DNA of 63,647 nucleotides, counting the filler, from Octopus bimaculoides (lineage: Eukaryota): the NCBI RefSeq assembly GCF_001194135.2. It is 10 parts of 10 records of this genome, joined end to end, with 100 filler letters (N's around TTAATTAATTAA, not from the genome) between each part and the next. Parts side by side here need not be neighbours in the genome. Positions count along the whole stretch, not along the records: positions 27,143 to 39,156 come from NC_068989.1; positions 39,257 to 45,442 come from NC_068988.1; positions 45,543 to 46,693 come from NW_026316750.1; positions 46,794 to 49,505 come from NC_068986.1; positions 49,606 to 55,981 come from NC_068998.1; 5 more parts are not named here. The stretch is one strand, 5' to 3'. The notes under the pieces were generated by a model. The model searched no databases. It was given only the letters and a program-made list of their open reading frames with translations, and was not told the origin of the DNA. Position numbers and translations under genes: made by a program. This document shows positions 37,095 through 50,326 of this stretch, one piece after another; position 1 is the stretch's first letter; every line of letters starts with the position of its first letter.

Positions 37095-38176
37095 CTTTGT
37101 GTTTAAGTAAAACTTTCGTCTAGTTTCTTCTCCACCACTGAACACATTCATACGCACCATAAACGCACATACACACACACGTACAAAAATATAGAAACAC
37201 ACTCATATATCCGTTTGTGTATGTACCTATGTATATATATATATATTGTATGTTTGCATGTATGTACGTATGTGTTGGTGTGTATGCGTCGTATGCATTT
37301 ATGTGAGCATAGCATATATATTTTCGTGCACAATTGTATTAACGATATGAATATAGAAAAAAAAGACTTCAGTAGAAAAGCTGTCTATCATATACGATCG
37401 CACAGTTTTTTGATCTCGTCAAGAGTCCAATTTCTTTCTCGGCTTTCTTCAAAAAGTTGGCTTTTATCTCGACATTGCTGCAGCTGATCACTTGCTTTCT
37501 GACCGATACAGCAGTCACCTCTAGCTTTGAAGCTGGAACATCTTAAAGTAATGAACTCCGCGAACGCTGTAAACCTCTCATACGTTCTGATTATAATTCT
37601 TTTACTGTTTTTTCATTATACATACATATATATATATATTCTTTTCATCGTTAATAGTATGAACACACACAACTCTTCAATGGGAGACATAAACTGAAAA
37701 CTGTCTCAGAAAATACAATTCAATGCTACGTTATTTACTAAAGTTTTCATTTTATCATTATTAGTGGCTGGAAAGGCGACAAGCTGGAAGAACTGTTACC
37801 ACGCCGGACTAAACGCTTAGTGGCATTTCGTACGTCTTTACGTTCTGAGTTCAAATGCTGCCCAGGTCGGCTGTGACCTTCATCCTTTCAGTTAGTTGAT
37901 CTGTACCGTCTTTAGTTATCAACAACCAGTAATATAACAAATTTGAAGTACAGTACACTGTACTTAGTAACCAACAAATAATAGAATACTCAATATGAAG
38001 TACGGTACGTGTCTCTTTTGGTGTGTTATATAACCAGTAGAATATCAAATGTGAAGTAAATGCACAGCCTTTCGTAAATCACAAGGAGTAGTATATCTAA
38101 TGTAGTATAGTGTACTATGTTTAGTAATCAACGACCAGTAGTAGATTCAATGTAGAGCAGATTACATTAGCTTTAG

Positions 38177-38261
38177 TATCCAACACCTAGTAGGATATCC
38201 AACACCTAGTAGGATATCCAACACCTAGTAGGATATCCAACACCTAGTAGGATATCCAACA
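38177..38261. repeat. 19-bp tandem repeat x4.5 (tatccaacacctagtagga)
   Basis: Identical units, no spacers. Confidence 0.95.
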
Positions 38262-39455
38262 ACTGCTGAACCAGTTTCCAAAGACCAGGTTGTTTCAATA
38301 TGTTCACAATAATCCTGGATACAAATTTATTAACATTCCCACGAACATCTCAGTCCAGAACATTGATGCATTGGTTCGCATTGTCTGCCAATGTAACCAT
38401 GCTGTCGCTAAAAGGATGACATTGGACAAAAACTCGGTAGAGTGCAGGATAAAACGCATTGCGTTATATGGTCACGTCTCTTAACGTTCTGAGTTCCAAT
38501 ATTCGCTGGATCAATTTGGACTTCCGAGAACGACAAAGCAAAGAACCAGTGAAGTAGTTCTTTTAATAAAATCGACTCTACACCTCATTCCTACATTGAA
38601 GATTTTATGCCTATATTAGAAACCAGAATTTAATTACATCCTATTATATTCTTAATTCATTCTCTCGCTAGGCTCGGCTGTCAATAAAATGTAGTATTTG
38701 TCAAGTAGTTCGACATCTTAATTCACTCTTTTTCTCCCCGTTGTATTGTCTGACTTCCTACAACTAATATATAAAAATAATGCATTTTCTACGCGCCGAA
38801 TAATCAATATTCCAGATGGTAAAACGTTATTTTCTGAAGATAGCTGCAGGAAAAATTCATAATGATATTTGTTTGTATTTTATTTGATATCGCAAATTGT
38901 GGACAATAGTGTCACTGGCTACAAACTTACCTCTTAGTAGGAGACAGACAACAACAACCTCAAAATAGAACTTTTAGTGCTCGCAGTTCATTTGTAATTG
39001 AGAAAAAAGACATTTCTTGGCACCGCCTACCTGGCGCAGCTGATTCGACGCTGATCTATCTGGCGTTAGACGTCCACATATCTCTCTCATTTTTATTATG
39101 TTCTCGTTCTCTCCCCTCTATCATTCTCTCTCTCTCTACTCTTCTCTCTCTCTACTNNNNNNNNNNNNNNNNNNNNNNNNNNNNNNNNNNNNNNNNNNNN
39201 TTAATTAATTAANNNNNNNNNNNNNNNNNNNNNNNNNNNNNNNNNNNNNNNNNNNNGTAACAAAAACACCAGGACTTACAAAAATATATAACATACAGAA
39301 AATTGCACTACTGGGCACAGCACACATCTAACGAAAAACACTTTCAATACAGTAACCATAAGAACACCACAGCAAACCACAGCACATACCCAAGGCGCAC
39401 AGAGCTGCGCTCGGTAGTGAAGTGAAAGCAAGTTATAAAAATAAAACTACTGAAC

Positions 39456-39512
<57 letters not shown>
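39456..39512. repeat. (AAT)n microsatellite
   Basis: Direct reading. Confidence 0.97.
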
Positions 39513-39514
<2 letters not shown>

Positions 39515-40104
39515 CTTGTTAGAGTACCAGGTAGTGGCTTCATATGGCTTCTGATCTTAACTGATTGGAAGTGCTTTCATGTACATATTTTGCTTTGGTA
39601 TAAAAAATGGGCTACAGCATACATTCTGCTCAATACCGAAAGATTTGTTTGTCAGTCGTTTAACCTTAACACATTGACCATGTCCCTTGGTGGCTGGCTA
39701 TATGTGTATCCCCTATTACGGACAGAAGCAGTGGGGAGCATCATAGCCATATGTTGAGAGAAATTCCTTGGGCTTTGAATGATTTACCATTGGAAACATT
39801 GGTGTATCATTAATTATCCTTAAACAACTCTTATTCAGGGATCTTTGAGCAGAATGAACTACTCTACCTGACGAAAATTCTAACTGGGTCCCACCTGCAA
39901 GGTCAAGCGCTGTTTATTTTGATACAAGATCACAATGTTACGCACGTCTTTGTGATGCATGTGCCCGCTGTACGCTTATCAGACAAATGGTCATGATTTG
40001 CATATTGGGCTGCACATATTTGTACCCCAGTGGCGTTTTGATGGCATGTACTGCCCTGTTACTCACTCAATAATAATAATAATAATAATAATAATATTAA
40101 TAAT

Positions 40105-40315
40105 AATAATCCTTTCTATTATAGGCACAAGGCCTGATACTTGGGGGAAGGGGATTGTCGATTACAATGACACCAGTACGCAACTGGTACTCAATTTATC
40201 GAACCCGAGAGGATGAAAGGCAAAGTCGACATCGGCGGAATTTGATCTCAGAACGGAAACGACGGAGAAAATACTGCTAAGTATTTCACCCGGCGTGCTA
40301 ACGATTCCGTCAGTT
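40105..40315 (-). mobile_element. SINE family A (followed by partial + copy at 40355-40450)
   Basis: Family A core on each strand. Confidence 0.8.
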
Positions 40316-40454
40316 GAATAATAATAATAGTAGGTCAACCTTACATGTTATACTTTCGGGATTGATAAATTAAGTACAAGTACTGGGGTCGATGTAATCG
40401 ATTGGTCACCTTCCCCAAAATTCACGCCTTGTTTCTGGAGTAGAAAGGAATTGG

Positions 40455-40523
40455 AGTAGTGGTAGTAGTAGTAGTAGTAGTAGTTGCAGCAGCAGCAGTA
40501 GCAGTAGTAGTAGTAGTAGTAGT

Positions 40524-40596
<73 letters not shown>

Positions 40597-40612
40597 ATAT
40601 TAGTATTAGTAT

Positions 40613-40647
<35 letters not shown>

Positions 40648-40722
40648 TTGGTGGTGGTGGTAGTGGAGGTGGTAGTGGAGGTGGTAGTTGTGGCGGTGTT
40701 GGTGGAGGAGGTGGTGGTGGTA
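40455..40722. repeat. Compound trinucleotide repeat (TAG)/(CAG)/(TAT)/(TGG)
   Basis: Direct reading. Confidence 0.95.
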
Positions 40723-43428
40723 ATCTCACTAACAACGAGGAATATCAGAATGATTATGATTCTGGTAATAAATCAAGAAGTTATCTGATGATGTATGGTT
40801 CAACATGTTTCAGTAATCAATTCTGTTAGAAAAGAGGCGCATTTATATCGAGTCAGAGTTAAAACGCTCTAATAAAACCTTCAAAGCTTCTAAAATGCTA
40901 TTTTGTCACCATTTTATCTGGGCGACTGCTTTACCGATCTGATGGCTGTCTCGGTGTGTAGAATATCGATTTCATGTGATTTGTTGTTTTTATCATTCAT
41001 ATGGTGCGATCAATAATGCTTAGTAAAATACCCAAATAAAAAAAAAATCAATGAATAAAAAGTGTAAAAGAGCAATTTAAATGAATACGAATTAAAAATA
41101 AAGATAACGTATGATTTAAAACGTGTCAAAATAATGTAGTTATTGATTTATGAGATTTTAACTTGCAGGCAAAAATTGAGTCCATGTTTTAAGATTTTTG
41201 TCATTATTTGAAAATGATATTTTTTTACCATTTTACCAAACATGATATTCTTAAAAAAGTTTGGTTAATTCTATTCTAGTTATATTAAGAAATAAAAAGA
41301 AAAAAACATTGGTAAGAATGCAAGTTTTACAAAAGGAAAACATATCCAATAGTTGATTTAGGTGATCAAATATGTATAAAATAAAGTATCTGAAAATATC
41401 CTGAAACAGCGAATTTGATGACGAACATGTATTATTTATCGTCGCACAGTATACTCAGCAAAACTATATAAATTTCATATATGTAATGCTTTTGCATAAG
41501 ATGGGAGCTAATATTGAATATGATCACGATGAAATAATATCGAGTATGCAGTAAATCTTTTGTTACTAAGGATGGAGTTAAATCTGTGATCAAATAATTG
41601 AAAGACAAACCACCTTCATCTACATGTAAACAAAAATCTTAACAAGAAAATTCCTCAACAACAGGTGTAAAAATTCACCAACCATGTTTGAATCATACCA
41701 ATTGATTTGCACATAACAATAGAATGCCAAACGTTACGTTATCCCAATACAAATATTATAATAAAACTTGCGTAAACTTAATGCATCTGGTTTAATGAAA
41801 GATATGTGTTTTATGTACTTGTGGATGAAATTTACATTCTGCTGCACTTTTCTTTTAAATGTATATAATCAGAATGTTTAAAATTGGTCTTTTTCATTTA
41901 TGTGTGCTAAATATTAAACAATTAACCATAAAATTGTCCAAAAAACACGTTTCAAGTTGAGAGTTGAAGATAAAACGTTAAAAATATTAGGCGAGTTGGT
42001 TTTTCAAAATTATATACGTATGTGAGAAGCATACTACAAGAATTTCATATTTCTGTATTTCAATACTACAAAAATTACTTCTGAATAGACATATGTTCAG
42101 ATGAAAAAATATATGCATATGAGAACAAGCAGAACTATGCAATACGAATAAGACTGATATTAGAGTCACTAAATTTACACGAGAAAAATTATGAAAGTAA
42201 ATAATTATGAATCTTATTCAAAGAAGTAGCAAAACTCTATCGAAGAATAAAAAACTGTATGAGTAAAATATTGGTGCATTTAGATACTTCTATGTATCAT
42301 CATAATCTAAAATTGCCTACACACTTATTTTGCTCTCTACGCAGTTGCAATAAATTTCTATTTTCGACAGTTGCTCCTGTACTATACAAAGGTATTTTAC
42401 TGCTAAGCATTTCAGTATATGATGAGAGATACAAGTTGACGATTTAACCACAAGTTTTTTTGATAGCAGAAACGCTAACACACACACACTTACATGCACA
42501 CTTACATACACACTTACATGCACACATACACACACATGCGCATACATATACATGATTACAGATATATATATATATATANNNNNNNNNNNNNNNNNNNNNN
42601 NNNNNNNNNNNNNNNNNNNNNNNNNNNNNNNNNNNNNNNNNNNNNNNNNNNNNNNNNNNNNNNNNNNNNNNNNNNNNNNNNNNNNNNNNNNNNNNNNNNN
42701 NNNNNNNNNNNNNNNNNNNNNNNNNNNNNNNNNNNNNNNNNNNNNNNNNNNNNNNNNNNNNNNNNNNNNNNNNNNNNNNNNNNNNNNNNNNNNNNNNNNN
42801 NNNNNNNNNNNNNNNNNNNNNNNNNNNNNNNNNNNNNNNNNNNNNNNNNNNNNNNNNNNNNNNNNNNNNNNNNNNNNNNNNNNNNNNNNNNNNNNNNNNN
42901 NNNNNNNNNNNNNNNNNNNNNNNNNNNNNNNNNNNNNNNNNNNNNNNNNNNNNNTAAATCACTATCCTTACTCATTTTAGAATGTAAATACTCTTCTTCC
43001 CTTTCCCCTTGTCACAACCGCACGAAGTCGTAGCAAATTATTTTGATAAAAGCAAATGATAAATTATGAGGCGTGGTAAGCTTTATAGAGAAGATGACGA
43101 TAATAAAGTATTCTGAACAGCATGACATCCCTTAGGTGATCAGTATACTTTCTTTTGAAATTCTTTTGTAAAAAATATAGATATACAAATGTATATAAAT
43201 AAGGATCATGAAATAAAAATTATAGTACTGCCTTGTAATGTACTTTGTGTATAAAATATACCATACCTTTCCTTTAAAATGCATGTTTAGTGAGTATTTT
43301 GATCAGTGTGACCCTTCTTAGCAGCAATGTATTTCTATTTAAACTAGTCTTATGAAAATTAAAAGAAAATGCTGCACAATATCAAAAAGATCACGAAATA
43401 TAATACATATGTTTTTATTTGTTTATAG

Positions 43429-43463
43429 ATGTAACCTAGAGTGGGAAATTATTAATTTTCGGT
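43429..43463 (+). CDS. Candidate 35-nt exon (xCNLEWEIINFR)
   Basis: gtttttatttgtttatag| ... cggt|gtaagt; one open frame, phase 2 to 1; alternative donor gaag|gtatac at 43487. Confidence 0.35.
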
Positions 43464-43949
43464 GTAAGTTACCTGTCTCAGATGAAGGTATACAATTAGA
43501 ATGTGTATTTAGATTGTCGGATTTAGTATAGAGGCTGGGTGGCGAAATTTCTTTTCCCAAGAGAGTTCCAGAAAATTTATGAACTTATTTGCTTACAGCC
43601 ATTCAGAGCTCAATTATCAAACAAATTTATGAGCACATAACAAGTGATGGGTGAGGGGATAATGTCACTCGGGTATGGAATGAACATGCTTCTTTTCTGT
43701 TTTAATAATACTTGTTATTTTTGTTCCTGTTTCAACCATGGCTACATCTGGGTAGTTATGTTATTTGTGTTGTTATTTGTTTGGCTTCTTGTACAAAAGC
43801 TCATAAAATGAAAACAAAAACTCGTTTTTCGCTGAAGACCACAGGAAAATACATATGTGGGACTCGGATAGCCAAAGATACATAAACGATACACACACGT
43901 CAATAATTTGTATCAATGAATCAATGTGTATTTATAAGACCTTCAAGCG

Positions 43950-44400
43950 GTTTCCGTACTTTTATATTCGTCACAAACATTATCGTCGATTGCTATAGTA
44001 ATTCAAACCAGCGTATGTGTTCAATATCGATGATATTGGCATCCAAATGACGGCACAATACAAGATTTTCATGGTAATCGGAGGTCACCAGTTTGAATGT
44101 CAACCTTTCTTAACTTGACAAAAAGGTCAAGGTGAGAACAGATTAGCTGTATGGAAATGAGTTCATTACTGGTGTACGTAACTCTCGTGGTAAAAATATT
44201 TCGCGGCCGAGTTAGTCTTACATTTGGGTTCCTATTATTCTGCTCTCTGCAGACTTTAAACTTATCAGTGTGAGGCAGCCCTTCCAAGTTTCCTATAGTT
44301 TTCAGGCAGTTTTCAGTTCTTAATTTTTTCCACATACACCCAGTTTCAGATGTACGAGTCTCACTGCTCTTTTTTCGGTTCGGGCATTATCAATAACATT
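43950..44400 (+). mobile_element. Possible pogo/Tigger-like transposase relic
   Basis: YVFNIDDIGIQ resembles IFNxDETGL, followed by GEN and IFRGR-like remnants; heavily decayed. Confidence 0.3.
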
Positions 44401-45044
44401 CGAAGATATTCCAACTTTTATTATGAATTGCTTTGCTTTCTCCTTCTTAATAATATGACCGCTAAGCCAGATAAAACAACACCACACAATTTATTCTCAT
44501 TGCCACGGTTCAATTTAAAGTACTCACAATAAGTTACTTAATAATCTACACCCTCTTGAGCTGAAGGCGTTTTTAATAGAAATTTTACAGTATATTTCCA
44601 AATACAGTTATTTTCGTAAATACCTATTTTCCATGACTATGTTGAAACAATTACATTACTATTTTATGGTTAGTTTAACAACGTTACCCTTTGCTATTAT
44701 ATGGTATATAAGACTATATAAATTAGGTACTACAATAAGAATCCAGTTTTCGCATGCCATGTCACATACCAACCTAATGATATTGAGCTCCCATATGACA
44801 GCTTTTACTAAATGAAGACTTGAAAACCAAACGTCACCTGATTATTGTATCTTAAAATGTATGAAGTATGATTCAATAGGATAGCTGAAAATATATCCAT
44901 GGAGATATTGAGTGAAACAATAATATATCAGTGTATGGAAGAATCATGTTGTAAAAAAATACTTCACTTCAACACAAATGGATTCATGTTATTGTATCAG
45001 TTGTATCTTGTCTTATTCACTAAAATATTTTTCAATCTTGAGAG

Positions 45045-45160
45045 GTACTGGATACTAAATTAGAATTCATGTAAGTTAAATTAAAAAATAAAATTTTGAA
45101 TAACCTACATTGTTTAGCTTGTCTTTCCATTTTGCAGGAAGCAGAACTTTCTTTTTGGCT
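45045..45160 (+). CDS. Candidate pair of micro-exons 45045-45070 and 45138-45160 (VLDTKLEFMKQNFLFG) joined by a 67-nt intron
   Basis: Intron gtaagt...ttgtctttccattttgcag; second donor gtacgt; the only open frame of the first exon joins in frame with the second. Confidence 0.45.
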
Positions 45161-45542
45161 GTACGTAGTAGTTCGAAAGCCATTTAGAAGCTCCCATTAA
45201 TCCAAATTCAAAACCTCAATGAAAGATCCCAAGTATAAAATCTATTTTAAAATAATGATTTTCATTTAAATCAACCACAAGTAGTTTCATTGCTTTTAAT
45301 ATTTACAACAAAATATTTCAGGCTACTTATCACAGACATCTATAAAATGTGAAAGGAAGATTTAAATGTCAATCAACTTAGATTATATTAAGCATAAAAT
45401 TTTTTGAGATTTTCAGATTTTTCATATGACTAAAACATTGCANNNNNNNNNNNNNNNNNNNNNNNNNNNNNNNNNNNNNNNNNNNNTTAATTAATTAANN
45501 NNNNNNNNNNNNNNNNNNNNNNNNNNNNNNNNNNNNNNNNNN

Positions 45543-46325
45543 GCTGTGCTCTCTTCACGTTTCTTGCATGGCTCTTCTCCTCCACCTGATATTGTCCAAT
45601 CAAGGGTTATGATGGCACATCTGGTGTATAAGAGAATTTGACATCGCTGCCCTAAACTGTGTCTCATTCCGAGCCATTGGTTCGTCTGGTACCGTGGAGA
45701 GGAAAGCGTAGCTAGTGACAGTGGCTCTCCAAGTGACCGTGGGCATGTCCAGAAGGGCTACTATGAACAGTAGTGGCCCCAGGACAGTTCCTTGTGGAAC
45801 ACCGCTCAATATTTGAGTTTCCCTAGATAATTCTCCATTGGCTGCAACTGTCTGACTTCTATCATTCAGGAAGTCATGCAGCCATTCTCCTAATTTACCA
45901 GCTATGCCAAGGTTTTGCACCTTGTGACATATCAAGCCATGATCAACTTTGTCAAAGGCTTTTGCAAAGTCGAGATATATCACATCAACATTTGAATGGT
46001 CAAGTAGCTGCTTCAGGACCCAGTCATAATGCTGCAAGAGCTGCGTGAGGCAGCTTCTACCTGGACGAAAACCATGCTGGGTCTCATTCAGCAAGTCATT
46101 TTCTTATAGGAACGCAATCAATCTACTTCTGACAATCCGTTCTGTGACTTTGCTAATATGTGAAGTCAGAGAGATGGGCCTGTAGTTCCCAGCTTCTGCT
46201 CTGCTTCCACCTTTATGGATAGGACATATGGTGCCTTCCTTCAGCTTTTTGGGAAGTTTACCACTTGCAAGGAAACTCTGGAAGAGTATCCGGACTGGTC
46301 CCGCTAATTCTTGTTTACAAGACTT
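45543..46325 (-). mobile_element. CR1-clade LINE RT fragment with internal deletion
   Basis: NYRPISLTS, QHGFRPGRSCLTQLL, IYLDFAKAFDKVDH, SGVPQGTVLGPLLF; jumps from YA to FLSTVPDEP. Confidence 0.9.
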
Positions 46326-46793
46326 AAAATATATGTAATGTATATATATATATGTATATATATATATAATATATATATATATATATGTAATGTATATACA
46401 TATAATATATATATATATATATATATGTAATATACATATATATAATATATATATATAATATATGTTAAGTAGCTTACTTACCAGCCACATGGGGTCGATT
46501 TGCTCGACTAAAGGCGGTGCTCCAGCATGGCCGCAGTCAAATGACTAAAAGAAATAAAAGATTAAAAAGAGTAAAAAGTGAATATATAATATATATATTT
46601 ATATAATATATATTTATATCATATATATATATATATAATATATGAGTGCCTGTGTGGTAAGTAGCTTGCTTACCAACCACATGGTCCCGGGTTNNNNNNN
46701 NNNNNNNNNNNNNNNNNNNNNNNNNNNNNNNNNNNNNTTAATTAATTAANNNNNNNNNNNNNNNNNNNNNNNNNNNNNNNNNNNNNNNNNNNN

Positions 46794-46847
<54 letters not shown>

Positions 46848-48369
46848 TACATATGTATACACTATATATGTTATCTGCTTATATATATATATATGAGTGT
46901 GTGTGTGTGTGTGTATGCCTATATATGTGTATGTGTGTATATATATGTATATACATGTGTGTGTATACATATACACATATTTAGATAAATAGATAGATAA
47001 ATAGATAGATAGACAGATAGATAGATAGATACACAGATAGATAGATAGATAGATAAATAGACAGATACATAGACACATGTTTATTAAAGCTGAGTCTCTG
47101 GTGAAAAGTAAAATTTGGAAAAAGCTAACTGGATTATATATTAAAAAGGAATAAATTCATTGCGCTCACGATTAACAGAAAAGCCAAAAAAAAAAAAGAA
47201 AAAAAGGAGAATAAGGACTGATGATATCCTTTCATAACAGATTATCGGAATAACTAATAAAAATGCCAAAGAAAAGCAAACATTGTGTATATGTGTTTCT
47301 GGGTGAGATCGCTTTGAAATTTCCTCCTATAAAATAGGTGAATATGCTTGGTTGAAGCTCGTCTGGTGAAACCATTTGCTCAACTCAATATTTAGCATGT
47401 AATTTTGTAAATGTGGAAAATAAATATTGAAGAAAGTGATTGAGGTATCAGTGAGTTTTTGAGTTTTGATCCAAAGATTTTGGTTGGCATTGAACCGCTG
47501 TTGCATTTTCCAGTTGGTGGCGGTCATGGAAGAGAAGACATTGGAATATTTCCTTACTTCCTTCAGACAGTGTTTACACACATGTATGTGAGTATGCATA
47601 CACGCAGACTCATTTGCATATAATTATATATGTAATTTATCTATCAATCATCTATATGTATGTATTAGTTGAAATTATTTACTCTCACCCAATTTGGTTT
47701 TTAAATGTGTGTTTCTTTTGTGTTTATATGTGTATGTATGTGAGTTTATATGCATGTGAGTCTATATGCATGTGGACATGTGTATGTGAGTTTGCGTTTG
47801 TTGATATGTGTATATGTATATAGGTGTATGTATGGCTTTGTGAATAAAAATGTCACGCAAGCCTCTCAGAATATATCTGGTTCCTGAAAGAAACAGGATA
47901 CATGGCATTAATAAGCCAATCGACAAATCTTAGTGATAGCGTCTTTTCTACAAAGTATGTCTTTTTCAAACTGCAATATAAGCTCCTTATAATCATTTAC
48001 TTCATATCAAAGTTATAACAAAACAAATAAACATTCACAACTTAATGTAGTTATTCAGTGGAGTTCTTACTGTAAAATGACAAGTTTAAGAAATAGCTAA
48101 CAGAAGCAGCTACATACACATGAACTAGAAAAATACGTTAAAAATATTTTTTTATCGCCATTTAAAAAGCACTTGGCTGTTATAAATTATTTCTTTTGCT
48201 GCAGCAGTTTTATAATTTATTTTTACAAATCATTAGTGTTTTCAAATTATTAATTGTCATGTTGTTAAAGTCATTATTAAGCTATGTTAATTAATCAGCA
48301 CCCAATTTGATATTTAGACATTTTTAAGACACTCTCATTATTGTTCCTAATATATATATATACATACAT

Positions 48370-48893
48370 GAGGTGGTGAGGCAAGACCTTCGAACATTGG
48401 GCCTCACTGAGGCGATGACTTCTGACCCCGAGACCTTTGGAAATATGCTGTGCATGAGAAGACCTAGCAAGCCAAGTGAGACCTAAATCCAAGGCCTCTG
48501 CCAGGGGTGTAGCCAGCCCACTTATGCGTACCTTTCCTTCATTGGACACGAAACTCAGCTTGCGAAGGCCTGTTGGGGCAAGCAAAAGCGAAATCATGAT
48601 GGCACCTGTGCCTATCGTCACCTTTCTGGCACTTGTGCCCAGTGTCGCCTTTCTGGCACTTGTGTCCGTGGCATGTGTAGGGACTTTCAAGCGAGATCGT
48701 TGCCAGTGCCCCTGGACTGTCTCCCGTGCGGGTGGCATGTAAATTACATGCGTTAGGAAGGGCATCCAGCTGTAGAAACTCTGCCAAATCAGATTGGAGC
48801 CTGGTGTAGCCATCTGGTTTCACCAGTCATCAGTCAAATTGTCCAACCCATGCTAGCATGGAAAGTGGACGTTAAACGACGATGATGATGATG
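48370..48893 (+). mobile_element. RTE LINE ORF end plus 3' UTR ending in (GAT)n
   Basis: EVVRQDLRTLGLTEAMTSD..LWKYAV C-terminus followed by a UTR whose last ~150 bp match dispersed tail copies. Confidence 0.8.
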
Positions 48894-49014
48894 ATCACAC
48901 ACACACACACACACACATACACACACACACATACACACACACATATATACATACATACTAGCTTAAAAGCCACCCTATTAAGCAGTTTTTGAGCTAGTAT
49001 GTAGCTTTTAAGCT

Positions 49015-49290
49015 ACTGACTCTGAATGGGAAGAACTGCAAACCAATCTCTGACTTTTTGGGGAGAATTTGTTGCAATTGCTTCCTCCAGACTCATATCC
49101 CAACGATGATCAGATTCGTCGCCAAGAATCATGTAAAAAAAGAAATTGCTGAAAACAATCGCAGTAATGGAAACATAGGAATCTAAAATTTTAAGATTCC
49201 AAGTCTGGATTCATCCCAGAATGTTTTCAATTTACTCACACAGTCAGCCTGATTCCAAAATGTTATGATATGATGAGCTACGGGCTCTAG
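49015..49290 (-). mobile_element. Probable Helitron Rep/helicase relic
   Basis: LGDESDHRWDMSLEEAIATNSPQKVRDWFAVL resembles the Helitron LLxDDxxWxxxLEEA...LRxLFAxIL motif (from memory). Confidence 0.5.
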
Positions 49291-49457
49291 GAGTAAAGTT
49301 GTAAAAGTGTGACACACTGACACAGAAATTGGTTTTTGCATTTATTATATTCGATATATATATATATATTTTACTCATGTATTTTTACCTTTCATAAAGT
49401 GGTTTTTTTTCATTCTTAGAAAAAAATGTAGAACGAAATAATGGAAAAAAATTGCAA

Positions 49458-49505
<48 letters not shown>

Positions 49506-49605
49506 NNNNNNNNNNNNNNNNNNNNNNNNNNNNNNNNNNNNNNNNNNNNTTAATTAATTAANNNNNNNNNNNNNNNNNNNNNNNNNNNNNNNNNNNNNNN
49601 NNNNN

Positions 49606-49647
<42 letters not shown>

Positions 49648-50035
49648 ATTTGGGGATGGTCATATTACCAGTTTAGCCAATAAAAACACATGCACTGTAT
49701 ATTTGATGTTAATTTGCTTCAGCTTTATATTACATTACATTACATTAATCCTATTTCGGCCACAGTTCTTTCGTCACACTTCTGGTCATGCGTGAACATG
49801 GGAGACAGCAGAAGTTACCAGAGCAAAAATCCTTCACAAACGATCCGCTATAATTTTGTAAACAATGTTACAAAACTGTTCATGTTTTCGAAAGGAGATA
49901 TCTGACTCTCACATCTCTGCGGGAGAAGATAGGCCTCTCTATTCCTCTTACAAAACTTACGTCTGGGTGCCAAATTTGCCTCAATTGATGGTATTACTCA
50001 GGTAATCCTAACTTAATCCCGAGCAAAGCCGGGCT

Positions 50036-50326
50036 GTAGTGCTACGAACAGCCATGCTACATGACAGTGAAACATAGGCCGTGACTGCTGAGGACATGCA
50101 TAAGCTTGCAAGGAATGAAGCCAGTATGCTCTGATGGATGAGTAATGTCAGTGTGCATACCCAACAGAGTGTAAGTATCCTGAGAGAAAAGTTGAACATA
50201 AGAAGCATCAGTTGTGGTGTGCAAGAGAGACGATTGCGCTGGTATGGACATGTGGCGAGAATGGACGAGGATAGCTGCGTGAAAAAGTGCCACACCCTAA
50301 CAGTTGAAGGAACCTGTGGAAGAGGT
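50036..50326 (+). mobile_element. RTE LINE RT C-terminal fragment
   Basis: LHDSETxAV...RRLRWYGHVARMDEDSCVKK..VEGTCGRG; runs into a gap. Confidence 0.85.

Noticed and set aside
38177-38261. 19-bp palindromic direct repeats as a CRISPR array
   Set aside because: The units are contiguous with no spacers, there are no cas genes, and the context is eukaryotic.
38300-38420. Minus-strand HGYIGRQCE resembling an EGF-like motif
   Set aside because: It lacks the required preceding Cys, stops after 25 codons and has no donor site.
39535-39580. Weak resemblance of a repeat end to U2 snRNA
   Set aside because: Only about 20 nt of partial similarity judged by eye; not sufficient.
47327-47599. 90-aa minus ORF and overlapping + strand exon candidate (GGGHGREDIGIFPYF)
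   Set aside because: All three + frames and one - frame are open and I recognise no family, so I cannot choose a reading without transcript data.
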